Source: the human T2T-CHM13v2.0 reference genome, Homo sapiens. From it: 64,000 bases of DNA. Shown here piece by piece: positions 1 through 27,394 of the stretch. Both the position numbers and the translations under genes were made by a program. The stretch is from the NCBI RefSeq assembly GCF_009914755.1, contig NC_060938.1; one strand, 5' to 3'. Position 1 is the first letter of the stretch. Every line of letters begins with the position of its first letter. The notes under the pieces are model-generated. The model saw only the letters and a list, made by a program, of their open reading frames with translations. It was not told the origin of the DNA and ran no database searches.

Positions 1-283
1 GAAGTCTCGAGAGAGGGGACAGCAGTGAGCCCAGCACCCTCTCCATGGGAGTCTGAGTGTAAGGCATCCCGACCTGTCTGCCAGCGTCTCTCTCTGCTGG
101 GGGCTGCTAAGGTGCAGATAGGAAGCGGTCGGGGGCCTCTGTGTATGGGTGGAGGAGGCGGATGGTGGGGGGCAGGCAGGCGACGGGGCAGGGAAGACCC
201 TATGAAAACTAGGACCTGTCCTATGGACAGGCTTCACCGGCGGACAGTGGGGGAATCTGGTTAAACTCTGAGTCTAAACCTCA

Positions 284-1054
<771 letters not shown>

Positions 1055-1225
1055 GAAAGAAAAAAAGAGAGAAAGAAAGAAAGAGAGAGACAGAGAGAGA
1101 GAGAAAGGAAGGAAGAAAGGGAGGGACGGAGGGACGGAGGGAGGGAGGGAGAGAATGAAGGAAGGAAGGAAGGAAAAAGGAAGGAAAGAAAGAGGAAGGA
1201 AGGGAGGGAGGAAGGAAGGAGAAAA
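1055..1225 (+). repeat. Polypurine (GA/GAAA/GGAA/GGGA) compound microsatellite grown from an Alu tail
   Basis: About 170 bp almost pure A/G, including (GGAA)4 at ~1160-1175. Confidence 0.92.
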
Positions 1226-1229
1226 ATAA

Positions 1230-2296
<1,067 letters not shown>

Positions 2297-3286
2297 TGAG
2301 CTCAGGCAATCCACCCTTCTCAGCCTCCGAAAGTGCTAAGATGATAGGCGTAAGCCACTGCCTCCAGCCTGGGAGTTATTTTGGAAGGACCCTAACTACA
2401 CTAAGCAACTAAAAAGAAAGGCAATTATTAACTTCATGAAAAACTGAAAGTTAAACCAGAAAGGAAACTTAACCACAGTGCATTAGTTGGCTCAGTAGCA
2501 AACAATGTTTATATAATCATTATAATGAAACTGAATATTGATTTGATCCGAAATTGCTCTATATTGATAATGAGAGGTGACACAGGGAGAGTATGGGGAG
2601 GGGGGTGTTGCACGGAAGAGTGTAAAAAATGTGAAACTCATCTTCTGTAAGGGAAAGCCAGTAGATAATGGCTGGGTTGTTAAATCAAGTAACAACAGCA
2701 CAAGAATGTTATTTATAAACATGGAGATAAAATCCAGAAAAAGAAGCCAAAAAAGTTGAATGTGGCTGTCTCTGGGGAGGATTAAGAGTGGGATAGGTGG
2801 GGAGGGGCTGCTGCTTTTCACTATGTCTATTTGCCTTTTAAAATTCTATGCATATCATGTGCCTATACTTTATTGCATTACTTGGATAAAAATATACAGT
2901 AATTAATAGAGAAAGGGGTAGGGGAGGAGAAGCATCCTTGAAGAGTGAACAGTGAAGTTCCCTGGGGGACAGGCTCCCATTTAGAGGCAGAGATGGGGGA
3001 GGAACAATATCCCCTGGGAACCCTCAGGGGCTCATACACCAGAAATTACAGTAACCAGAGCTTGCACCAGGAGAATATAGTAACTGCCTGGGGCCTGGGG
3101 GAGGTGGGCGTTCCTGGGGCTGGGGGAATTTGAGAGGATAGTGGTGGGGGTGAGCTTGGATCCTCCTTGGGGTGGAGAAGGAGCCTCGGGCCCCGAGTGG
3201 GTTTCCCCCACCCTAGGAGTCTCCCATCTCCATAGACATTTCTTGGGGAGACTCTGAAGGCTCTGACCAGGTTTTCTTTTGTTGTT

Positions 3287-4619
<1,333 letters not shown>

Positions 4620-4958
4620 GTAAGGAGGAAGAATGCTGGTGACTTTGGGTCAGGAAGGGATTTCTGGGCTGGGTGCAGTGACCCACACCTGTAATCCCAG
4701 CACTTTGGAAGGCTGAGGCGGGGAATCACTTGAGCCTAGGAGTTCAAGACCAGCCTGGGGAACATAGCGAGACCCTGTCTCAAAAAAAGAAGAAGAAGAA
4801 AGGGACTTCTGGGGGTTCCTTGGTTGCTGGCACTCCCCAAGGGCACAGGGCTATCTCTGGGGCTGCCACTGTGGGCCTGGGCACTGGTGATGGGGGGTGG
4901 GGAGATGGCTGAGAGTCCCTGTCTGGAGCACAGTCCCTGGCTGGAAGGTGATTCTGGC

Positions 4959-5777
<819 letters not shown>

Positions 5778-5799
5778 TGGCCTCTTACCCCCTTGGTAT

Positions 5800-5875
5800 A
5801 CCTTAAGGTGGCCTTGGGCAACTTACATTACATCTCTGGGCCTCAGTTTCCTCCTCTAAAAAATAGGGATAACAA
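5800..5875 (+). mobile_element. MIR core fragment
   Basis: GTGGCCTTGGGCAACTTAC...CTCTGGGCCTCAGTTTCCTCCTCTAAAAAATAGGGATAA. Confidence 0.65.
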
Positions 5876-6317
5876 AAGCCCCTCTCCTAGGAGAAGAGGC
5901 AGGGAACAGCTGGACAGGGCAGAGAGCCTATCTTGGGATCCCGGGGAGGGGCTATGAAGGAAAGGCTTCAGGAATTGAGTGGGACAGGGTATGGGTCAGA
6001 ATTCTGGTCTGAGCTGCCTGCCCCATGACTCCAGGCCCTCCCGTGGCAGGGCCCAGGCACCTGGCCTCCAAGCCTCAGTTTCCTCGACTCAGCAATGGGC
6101 ATGGCAGCCCCAACCTTGGAGTGACATATTGTCTAATCACCCTGACTCACTCCCCACCTCCCACGCCCAGGGGCCCCTGCAGTCCTGAGATGGGCCAAGT
6201 CAAGCCACACCTCTCTTCCGGCTGGAGCAGCCTGACCAAGTCCCACTTGCTGTTCTGCCAGGGAGCCTGATTTTGGCACTGGTGTATTTCCAGAACCAAG
6301 GTGGGTGCCCAGTCTGA

Positions 6318-6605
<288 letters not shown>

Positions 6606-7048
6606 TAGCCAGGCTGAACTCCTGACCTCATGATCCGCCCGCCTCGGCCTCCCAAAGTGCTGGGATTACAGGCATGAGCCACCGCGCCCGGCCTATGGGA
6701 GGAAGTTCTGACATGGATGGCAGGGGTGGGGAGGGCAGCTGAGGACTCTGGAGCAGAGGCTGGGGCCCCACTCTGGCTTTCCCTGGCCCTAAAGGAAGGG
6801 TGGGGTCTGAGAGTGTGGAGGCCTGAGAGCAGGGGCAGCACAGACACCCACTCTGAGACCACTTGGTTGTCCCAGCCACCGGGTTCCAGGTGTCTGGGGC
6901 CAGGTGGGGTTTTCTCTCCAAGCCCAGAGTGACCTCCCCACTCCCAGCCTTGCCCAGAGCAAGTCTTGCTGAGTTCTAAGGTGAACTCCCACTTGTTCCA
7001 GACCAGGGACACAGGGTCCTGCAGGCCTCCCGGAGCAAGCACTCTTGA

Positions 7049-7309
<261 letters not shown>

Positions 7310-8114
7310 TGAGTAGCTGGGATTACAGGCACACAGCACCATGCCCGGCTAGTTTTTCTATTTTTAGTAGAGAAAGGGTTTCACCATGTTGGTCAGGCTA
7401 GTCTCGAACTCCTGACCTCGTGATCTGCCCGCTTCGGCCTCCCAAAGTGTTGGGATTACAGGCATGAGCCACCACACCCGGCTGTCTTCCTTATTTTTTT
7501 AAATGCCAGCTGTTTTATGCACAATTGTCCCAAACTAGAAACAACCCAATTATCCATCAACTGGTAAAGGAATAAACTAATGTGTTATCTTTGTTTGTTT
7601 ATTTAATTTTGATACAGGGTCCCACTCTGTCGCCCAGGCTGGAGTACAGTGGAGAGATCACAGGTAACTACAGCCTAAACCTCTTGGGCTCAAGTGATCT
7701 TCCCACCTCGGGCACACCTGGCTAATTTTTTTTTTTAATTGAATGTGGTATATTATTTAAAAGGAATGCTGGCCAGGTGTGGTGGCTCATGCCTGTCTGT
7801 AATCCCAACACTTTGGGAGGCCAAGGTGGGTGGATCACCTGAGGTCAGGAGTTCAATATCAGCCTGGCCAACATGGTGAAACCCTGTCTCTACTAAAAAT
7901 ACAAAAGTTAGCCATGCGTGGTGGCGCACGCCTGTAATCTCAGCTACTTGGGAGGCTGAAACACGAGAATTGCTTGAAACTGGGAGGCAGAGGTTGCAAA
8001 GTAAACCAAGTTTATGCCACTGTGTTCCAGCCTGGGCGACAGAGCGAGACTGTCTCAAAAAAAAAAAGAAAAAAAAAACTATAATGGTAAATTTTGCTAT
8101 GTATATTTTTATCA

Positions 8115-8672
<558 letters not shown>

Positions 8673-8759
8673 CGCAGTACTTGCGCACAGGTCCCAGCCC
8701 CTTCCCTCTCTGGGACTTGTCTTCTGGCCCCTCACTCCTGCGATGAGCTTTTCTTTCAG

Positions 8760-9750
8760 CTGGTGAAAGGCCGCAGACTTCGAACCTCTGGGCCTTTGTC
8801 CAGGACGTTCCCTCAGCGCTCAGTGCCCTTCCTGGTGGCCTCCTACATCTTCAGATCCCGGCTGAGCTCTGCTTAAATCCGGGACCGGGTAGTCACTGGG
8901 GCAGCCACTTGGCTGGGGCGAGGCCACCTCGCTTTGGGTCTTGTCGCGCCCAGGCCAGCGCCAGCCCAGGCTTGCCATGGACTGGCTCCTGGGCGTTAGA
9001 TGAATGAATCGACTCAACCCGGGCCGCCACGTTGTGTTCAGAACACCGACAGTCGCTCCCAGGCAACCAGCACCTGCTGCGCCCCGTTTCCAGCGACCTC
9101 CCCAACCGCGTGGACTCGCATCCACGTGCCCGGCGGGGCCGCAGCAGAAAGGCTCGGACCCCCCAGGACGATCGGCCGGTGGGGGCCGGTGGGGCCGCAG
9201 ACTTGGGGGGCGGGGGGCGCCAGGCTTCCGGGTCCTGCCCCCGCCCCGTGGGGAACAGCAGGACGGCGCCGAGGCCGTTTCGCTTTCCTCCGCGCCCATT
9301 TGCCGGGAGGGGACCCCGTGCTCCGACCTGAAGGTGACGGCAGAGCCTGCGGGAGGCCTAGGCCGGTCCCGCCCTACGGGTCCCGGGGGCGACCCTCGCG
9401 CTGACATTGGCGTCCAGGCCGCGGCCCCTGCCTCCGCGCCCACCCACGCCGGGCCTGGCCCTCGCTCCCCCGGGAAAAGCCCCGCCGGCGGCCGCGAGAG
9501 CGCGGAAGCGCAGCCGTAGTGACCGCGAGACAAAGACCCGGCGGCGGGGGAGGCGGCGGAGAGACCCCGCCAGCGCGGAGACCCCAGGGAAGCTTCTCTG
9601 GAAGACCTGGTGCTGGTCCGCTCTCCCGGGACCTCATTTTCCTTATTTGGACAACGGGGGCGGGGTCACAGCAGCCCCTCGGGCTTATAGCCGGGTTGTT
9701 CTTTCCTTAAATCTCCTCCCTCTGCCAAAATAAAAAACCCCACAGGGCAA
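8760..9750 (+). ncRNA. Candidate terminal lncRNA exon spanning the orphan CpG island
   Basis: Branch-like CTCAC (8731-8735), acceptor CTTTTCTTTCAG (8759), AATAAA at 9729-9734 (alternatively ending in the Alu A-tail ~10030-10050). Confidence 0.4.
8870..9700. promoter_or_regulatory. Orphan CpG island (no recognisable coding gene)
   Basis: About 0.8 kb of non-Alu GC/CpG-rich sequence with GC boxes (GGGGGCGGGG at ~9205 and ~9656) and G-runs. Confidence 0.85.
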
Positions 9751-10461
9751 GGCGCGGTGGCTCACGCCTGTAATCCCAGCACTTTGGGAGGCCGAGGCAG
9801 GTGGATCACCTGAGGTCAGGAGTTCGAGACCAGCCTTACCAATTTGGTGAAACCCCGTCTCTACTAAAAATACAAAAATTAGCTGGACGTGGTGGCCGGT
9901 GCCTGTAATCCCAGCTACTCGGTAGGCTGAGATAGGAGAATTGCTTGGACCCGGGAGGCTAAGGTCAGTGAGCCGAGATCGTGCCACTGCACTCCAGCCT
10001 GGGCGACAGAGGGAGACTCCGTCTCAAAAAAAAGAAAAAAAAAAAAAAACCCACAGCGTCCCGGAGGGGCCTGAGGAGTTGTGAGGGGCCGCCTCCGCCT
10101 CCAGCATCTGGCATCTGGAGGAGGAGGCTGAGGCTGAGGTGAGGGTGAGGGTGGGTGACCCGCACCTGTCCAGGCCCAGGTTGCCTGCTCCCAGCTTGGG
10201 CTGGGCAGTGGGGCAGGGCCATGATCCCGCCAGTGCTGTGGTTAGCCCTACACCTGGCCTGGCTGAGGACAGCGAACCTGGCAGGTCCAACCTGGGCCCT
10301 CCCAGCCTAGGATCTCCAAGGCCTCGTCTCAGTCACCATCAGCTGCTCTAGGGTGCAGTGGGGCCCAAGGAGGATTGGGCCTGATCTCTGCCCCCCAGAG
10401 CCCATGGACCCAGGACTGGGCCCACCAGGCGTGTCGCAGGCATAGGGTCAGTGGCTTCTCA

Positions 10462-11161
<700 letters not shown>

Positions 11162-12184
11162 TCAGGCCCCCCAGATTCTGGTCTCTCGGCCTGCTGTCTC
11201 CTTTTTCCTTGGTACCTTGGCACCTGAACTCGCTTGGAGTGTCTAAGGAGCTGCCTGTGACACCATGGGGACCTCTATTGGTCCCAGCATCCCCTGCCCA
11301 GCCGTGGGGGGCATCGGTGTCAGCCCTGCCAAGGATCAGTCAGCCAATCAACAAACCGCAGGGATCACCCAGCTCATGGATGTGGGTGCCGGGAGGCAGG
11401 GAGGGCCACACAATGAAGAGATGTGTGTGGTCCTCCATGCTCAGAGATCCTCATGCCCCTCTCCCAGGGATGGGAGTTCCCCTCCCCATCAGGGGTAGCC
11501 CTAGGGCCCCCAGCCCCACTCTCACTAGGGCCAGCCTCTCTGTGAACCCCTGGACTCACATCACGTGTGCGGGGCCCAGCTTTGAGGTGGAAGACCAAAC
11601 CTTGGCATTGCTTCTGTGGAAGCTCAGGAAATGCCCACGATATGGCCTGACCACCCCATTCACACGGGGATGGAGGGAGCACCCTGGTCACCTGGGGGTT
11701 GTGGTTAGAGTGCCCTCCAGCCGAGCCTGCAGCCCAGACCGAGCTAGACTGGAAGGGGTAGAAGGGCATTCAGGTAGGGACACAGCCTGGGCAAAGGGGC
11801 CCTGACCTTTGGCAGCTGCGGGAAGATGAGCCCACCTGAAAGGGAGGCTGCATTGAGTGCAGTCAGGACCTGGGCTGTAGGGCTCAGCCTCTAGACAGCA
11901 GGAGCACAGAAGGGCGTGGCGGGGTCTCCTGCCCGGCCATAATAAACAGGCCCAAGACTTGTTCACACAGGTCACAGGAATATGCTGGGTTTGCCTTACG
12001 TATAATTTGTGATTCATACCTCTCAGTCTTCCAGAAAGATGCAGTCTACAGAAATTCAGAAACAATCAATTTGTAAGAATAGACATAGATAATTTTGAAC
12101 AACCAAGATTAGTGGGAGATAGGCATTTACCCAATTCTAGGACATTAATGATTAGTAATCAGGCATCAGACATAGCTGTGGTCA

Positions 12185-12328
<144 letters not shown>

Positions 12329-12758
12329 TTAGCCTGTGGTCCCAGCTACCTACCAGGGAGCCTGAGGTGGAAGGATCGCTTACGCCCGAGGTCGAGGCTG
12401 CAGTGAGCAGTGATTGCACCACTGCACTCCAGCCTGAGTGACAGAGTGAGGCCCCGTATTAAAAAAAAACCCCAAAAACTTAGCTATGAGTTTCCTGGCA
12501 GTCGAGGCATGAAGGGAATGAGAATGGACTATGGAACTTCACTGTGTGATCACAGCGGAGTATATCAGGCAGCCAGGAGGCCCTCACTTATATACCCAAG
12601 CCTCAGGCAGCAGGCATGTTCTGTGGTGGCCTCTGGAAACAGGCCATCAGGGCCGGGAGGACAGAGATGGCTGTGAGCTGGGCCTGCACCCTCAGGGCCC
12701 TGCCTGTTGAGTGGCTCCAGGGTGTCTTGCCCTCTCTGGGCCTCTGGGCCAAGGCTAA

Positions 12759-13103
<345 letters not shown>

Positions 13104-13562
13104 TGATCCGCCCGCCTCGGCCTCCCAAAGTGCTGGGATTACAGGCGTGAGCCACCGTACCCAGCCCTGCCTGCTTCTTAAGTGGCCCAGGAGGACAGGG
13201 AGTGAGCTTGTCTCTCCCCACTGCAGGGTCCTGAGGGCTGGGGACTGTGCTGACACTGGTCTCTCCCCTGCCTAGGCATATCCTGTTCCTAGTGCTTGGA
13301 ACACCCTTCCCACCCTCACATGCCTGGCAAATTGTTCTTCACCTCTAGGTTCACATGTCGCCTCCTTCAGCTTTAAATTCCTACACGAGGCCAGGCGCAG
13401 TGGCTCACGCCTGTAATCCCAGCACTTTGGGAGGCTGAGACGAGCAGATCACGAGGTCAAGAGATCGAGACCATCCTGGCCAACATGGTGAAACCCCCTC
13501 TCTACTAAAAACACAAAAAGTTAGCTGAGCATGGTGTCATGTGCCTGTAATCCAGCTACTCA

Positions 13563-13763
<201 letters not shown>

Positions 13764-15369
13764 CTAAGTAGGAAAAAACTTTAGGTTCTTCAGTCCCATT
13801 GTGCATGGGGAAACAGAGGCCCTGTGCTGGTAAGTAATGGGGCAGAAGCCAGGGTGGCTGCCTCAGTTGGAGGGAAAGCGGCACCAAGATTCACAGGACA
13901 GCTCTGGGGTCCTGGTCGCAGTCCCTGCCGTGCCGCCTTCTCACTCAGTGACCCTGAGCAAGCTGCTTGCCACGAGATGTCGGCTCCGTGGCAGTGGATA
14001 GCTTCAGCTGTGGGAAGTCCTTGGCAATCCCCTGGCTCGCGGCTGGTGCTCAGCTGGGTTCGCTCTGACTAGCACTGCACCTTGGTCACCACCTCGACTG
14101 CCACACACCCTCCCCCAGTGGAGACAGAGCCAGGGGTCTCTCAGCTTCCCCAACCCTGGCTCCCCATTGTCCAGCCTCAGGGATTTGGAGACTGGGACAA
14201 ACTAGCCATGCGGGGGAAAGGTGTTCCAGAGGAGGGAACACAGTGAGCCAACAAGAGGATGGGATGGGGCAGGGCCTGTTCCAGGAACAGGCTGGGGTCA
14301 CTCTCCCTTCTCCAGAGTCCAAGGCACATGGGTGGTGGGAGAAGAGATAGGAGAGGCTGGCGAAAACCAGCCCGCAAGGCCCTAAATGCCTGACTAAGAA
14401 GCTTCAGTCTTTCACTGAAGTTTTGGAGCTAGGTTGGGTGCAGTCAGATAGCTTGGGGGCTGGGCCGGAGCATCTGGTGGAGAGTGAGACACCGGTGTGA
14501 GCTGCAGCCCTCGCTGTGGGTCCCAGCACCCAGGACTGCACCCAGCCCAGGACTGCAGCAAGCAGGCACAGGATGCATGGCTGACTGAGGCCTGTACTCC
14601 GACTGGAGTCACCTAGGAGATTGGCTGAGATGACCTCCAGAAGGGCCTTGCCCCAGGCCGGACCCCAAGGGGAAGCTGGCTCTATGTCTTTGGACGAGTT
14701 AGGAACTCATTGGGGGTGGCTGCGGTTTTATTTGGGGATTCAGCTGTGCCCTGCACACCAGCTGCTGAGCAATGTCTCCAGGAAGCCACAGCTGCCCTCT
14801 GGGAGGCAGGGGGCCAGGTGCAGTAGAGGAGATGCCCCAGCGGCTCATGCAGGAGCTCACTCAGACGCCAGAACCCCAGCCAAGGAGGCACCCCAGACCC
14901 AGGCCCACCAGGGCCAGTGTCCCCACTCCACGACAGGGGCACTGTAGCCGGGGTGGACACCCAGCCTTGCTGCTCACTAGTCACGTGGTCTGGGCAAGTC
15001 TCTTCCTCTTCCCTGAGTGAGGTGAGGCAGGATGGGCTAGGATATGTGGTGGTAACAAACAACTCCAGTCTCTTTTTTTATAATTTCCTACAGACTTTTT
15101 TTTGTTCTTGTTGAGGCAGAGTATCGCTCAATTGCTAAGGCTGGAGCACAGTGGTGCTATCTCAGCTCACTGCAACCCCCACTCCCCAGGTTCAAGTTAT
15201 TCTCTTGCCTCAGCCTCCCAAGTAGCTGGGATTACAGGCGTGCACCACCAAACCTGGCTAATTTTTGTACTTTTAGTAGAGATGGGGTTTCATCATATTG
15301 GCCAGGCTGGTCTCGAACTCCTGACCTCAAGTGATCCACCCGCCTCGGCCTCCCAAAGTGTTGGGATTA

Positions 15370-18300
<2,931 letters not shown>

Positions 18301-18862
18301 TTTTTTCTTTTTTCAAGATGGAGTCTCACTTTATCTCACCCAGGCTGGAGTGCACTGGTATCATCTTGGCTCACTGCAGCCTCTGCCTCCCAGGTTCAAG
18401 CGATTTTCCTCTCAGCCTCCCAAATAGCTGAGACTACAGGCATGTGCTACCACGCACAGCTAATTTTGTATTTTTAGTAGAGAGAGTTTCACCATGTTGA
18501 CCAGGATGGTCTGGATCTCCTGACCTTGTAATCCGCTTGCCTTGGCCTCCCAAAGTGCTGGGATTACACACATGAGCCACCGCACCCCGCCTATGTTGTT
18601 GTTTATTATTTTACTTTATTTCTTATAGAGATAGGGTCTTGCCTCATTGCCCAGGCCAGTCTCAAACTCCTGGCCTCAAGTGATCCTCCCCTCTCAGCCT
18701 CCCAAAGTGTTGAGATTACAGGCATGAGCCACCATGTCTGGGTGTGTTTTTATTTTCATTTGTCTCTAAACATTTTCTAATGTCCCTTGTTATTTCTTCT
18801 TTGATGTATGTTGTTTAATTTCCAGAGTTTTGTAAGTTTTCCAGTTTTCCTTCTGATAATGA

Positions 18863-19322
<460 letters not shown>

Positions 19323-19695
19323 TGAGCCTAATTTTTGTATTTTTATTAGAGATGGGGTTTGCCATGTTGGCCGGGCTCAAACTCCTAGCCCCAGATGATT
19401 GGGCACAGTGGCTCACACCTGTAATCCCAGCACTTTGGGAGGCCGAGGTGGGTGGATCTCCTGAGGTCAGGAGTTTGAGATCAGTCTGGCCAACATGGCA
19501 AAACCCCATCTCTACTAAAAATAGGAAAGTTAGCCAAGCTTGGTGGTGGGTGCCTGTAATCCCAGCTACTTGGTAGGCTGAGGCAGGAGAATAGCTTGAA
19601 CACGGGGGAGGGCGGAGGTTGCAGTGAGCCGAGATTGCACCACTTCACTCCAGCCTGGGCAAAAGAGCAAGCCTCCGTCTCAAAAAAAAAAAAAA

Positions 19696-19942
19696 GATAG
19701 TGAGTGAGTTATAATGAGAGGTGATGGTTTCACAAGGGGCTCTTCCCCCTTTGCTCCTCACTCCTCTCTCTCTTGCCGCCATGTGAGAAGGTCCAAGCTT
19801 CCTTCCCCTTTGCCTTCCACTATGACTGTAAGTTTCCTGTGGCTTCCCAGCCAGGCGGAACTGTGAATCAATTACACTTCTTTCCTTTATAAATTACCCA
19901 GTCTCAGGTATTTCTTTATAGCAGTGAGAATGGACTAATACA
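19696..19942 (+). mobile_element. MST/THE1-type MaLR LTR, 3' portion
   Basis: TGTAAGTTTCCTG...GAACTGTGAATCAATTA...TATAAATTACCCAGTCTCAGGTATTTCTTTATAGCAGTGAGAATGGACTAATACA terminus. Confidence 0.85.
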
Positions 19943-20171
19943 CCCGTCATCCATCTCTGGTCCCATCTGGCCTTCAGACAATTGGATGGTGCCCTCTCCC
20001 GACCCTGTATCGAAGGTAGATAGATCTTCCCCACTCAGTCCACTGACTCACTACCAACCTCCTCTAGTTTCTGGGGAAATACTATCACAGACAGACCCAG
20101 AAATGATACTTTATCAGCTATTTAGAAATCCCTTAATCCAGTCAAATTGACACCTAAAAATAGTCATCACA
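19943..20171 (-). mobile_element. MLT2 (ERVL) LTR, 5' portion
   Basis: Reverse complement starts TGTGATGACTATTTTTAGGTGTCAATTTGACTGGATTAAGGGA, the MLT2 5' end. Confidence 0.78.
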
Positions 20172-20334
20172 GTCCATAAATGTATAGAATTGTTATATTT
20201 TCTTGCGGTGTTAAACCTTTTGTTACTATATAATGTCCTATGTCTCTTGTGACTTTTTAAAAATTTTTTGTTTTGTTTTGTTTTTGAGATACAGTTTCCC
20301 GCTCTGTTGCCTACGCTGGAGTGCAGAGGTGTGA

Positions 20335-20544
<210 letters not shown>

Positions 20545-20704
20545 TGAGTAGCTGGGATTATAGGCGCCCATCACCACGCCCAGCTAATTTTTATATTTGT
20601 AATAGAGACGGGGTTTCACCATGTTAACCAGGCTGGTCTCAAATTCCTGGCCTCAAGTGATCCACCCGCCTTGGCCTCCCAAAGTTCTGGGATTACAGGC
20701 ATGA

Positions 20705-21052
<348 letters not shown>

Positions 21053-21459
21053 TGATCCGCCTGCCTCGGCCTCCCAAAGTGCTGGGATTACAGGCGTGAG
21101 CCACTGTGCCCAGCCTGTTTGTTTTTTTTTTTTCTTATGAGACAGGGTTCCCTCTGTCACCCAGGCTAGGGTGCAGTGACGTGATCATAGCTCACTGCTG
21201 CCTCAAATTCCTGGACTCCAGTGATTTTCCTACCTCAGCCTTCTGAGAAGCTGGGATTACAGCTGTGTACCACCATGTACAGCTAATTTGTAAATTTATT
21301 TATTTTTTTCTTTTTTGGGACAGGGTTTGGTGGGTTTGGCTCTATTGCCCAGGCTGGAGTGCAGTGGCGCAATCTCAGCTCACTGCAACCCCTGTTTTCT
21401 GGGCTCAAGCCACCATCTCACCTCAGTCTCTCAAGTAGCTCGAACTCCTGACCTCGTGA

Positions 21460-21927
<468 letters not shown>

Positions 21928-22065
21928 TAAGCTGTCTCTGTGCCAAAGATCAGCCTGAAATACCATCTTAATGAACCCTCTAGCTTTTCTGAGTCTGTGC
22001 CTTTCTCTGGCCATGCACTGCGCAGTCACTTTCTAATTTTCCTTGTATGTGCAGTTTTTTTTTGA

Positions 22066-22426
<361 letters not shown>

Positions 22427-22565
22427 TAGTGGGGGCAGGGCACTGGCCCTTTAAATCACCTGGTGGTGGCTTGAGTTGGAAGGGGAGGAGCCTACCCCAG
22501 TTGGGGAGGAGCACAACCTCCGTGGCTTCTTGCCTCTTCCTCTGCACCTCCAGGATCTGAAGCAG

Positions 22566-25411
<2,846 letters not shown>

Positions 25412-25997
25412 GGCAGCAGTCAGTTATCACAGCACAGATGCCTGTTATCTGGAGGACAGGCTGCATTTGCCCACTCTGGCTCCTGCAAGCTGTGTGCAAG
25501 CCGGTCCAGGACCACCTGCATCTACTGCCTGCTTTGCAGGCTGGGCTGGGAAATGGGTAGCTGCCAAACTGCTAAGAGCTGAAATTGAGCAAAATTAACT
25601 GCACTTTACCATCCAAGCCTTCCCCTGGAAGTTACAAGCCTTCAGTAGACTCCAGAGTTTCAAAATAGTCACATCAGGCAGATTCTGCCAGTGTAATTGT
25701 TTAGGCAGGAAGACCATTTCCTGATGTTTCCTTCTCTGCCATCTTGATATTATCTTTTGCAGAGCAGTTTTTATTGATTGATTGATTGATTTGCGGGGGT
25801 TATTTTTAATGGAGGCCAGCTTAGCAATTATATTTTTTAGCATAATGTTTTCAAGATTTATCCATATTGCCCTTCATTACTTTTCATAGCTGAATAGTGT
25901 TCCAATTGTATCCATATACCACATTTTGTTTAATCATTCATCAGCTGATGGATCATAAGTTGTTTCTACTTTTTGGCTGTTATGAATGCAGCTATGA

Positions 25998-26225
<228 letters not shown>

Positions 26226-27253
26226 TAATGTTTTTTGTATTTTTTTTTTTTTGAGAGAGTTTCGCTTTTGCTCCTAGGTTACAGTGCAGTGGCGTGATCT
26301 CAGCTCGCTGCAACCTCTACCTTCTGGTTTCAAGTGATTCTCCTGCCTCAGCCTCCTGAGTAGCTGGGATTATAGGCACCCACCACCATGCCCAGATAAT
26401 TTTTGTATTTTTTAGTAGAGACGGGGTTTCACCGCATTGGCCAGGCTGGTCTCGAACTCCTGACCTCGTGATCTGCCCGCCTCAGCCTCCCAAAGTGCTG
26501 GGATTACAGGCGTGAGCCACTGTGCTCGGCCTTGTTTTTTGTATTTTTAGTAGAGACGGGGCTTCACCATGTTAGCCAGGATGGTCTCCATCTCCTGACC
26601 TTGTGATCCACCCCTCGGTCTCCCAAAGTGCTGGGATTACAGGCGTGAGCCACTGTGCCTGGCCAGTTTGTTTTTGTCTGTTTGTTTTGAGACAAGGTCT
26701 CACTGTTACCGAGGCTGGAGTGCAGTGGTGTGATCATGGCAAGCTACAGCCTCAGCTTCCTTGATTCAGACAATCCTCCCACCTCAGCCTCCTGCTGGTC
26801 TGGAACTCCTGGGCTCAAGTGATCTCACCTCAACCTCCCAAAGTGCTAGGATTACAGGAGAGGAGTGAACCACTGTGCCCAGACTTTTTTTTTTTTTTTT
26901 TTTTTTTTGAGACACAGTCTCACTCTGTCACCCAGGCTGTAGTGCGGGGACACGGTCACAGCTCACTGCAGCCCTGCCTCCCAGGCTCAAGCATTCCTCC
27001 CACCTCAGCCATCTGAGTAGCTGGACTACAGGCACAGCAACCATGCCCAGGGAATTTTTGTGTTTTTTGTAGAGATGGGGGTCTTGCCATGTCACCCAGG
27101 CTGGTCTTGAACTCCTGAGCTCAAGATAACCTCCCATCTTGGCCTCCCAAAGTGCTAGGATTACAGGTGTCAGCCACCACAGCTGGCTGGGCATATGTTT
27201 TATTATTTATTTATTTATTTATTTATTTATGAGACGGAGTCTCGCTCTGTTAG

Positions 27254-27394
<141 letters not shown>

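Noticed and set aside
8820-9733. Overlapping 134-237 aa ORFs on both strands of the orphan CpG island
   Set aside because: Several frames open at once, as expected from base composition; no coding signature.
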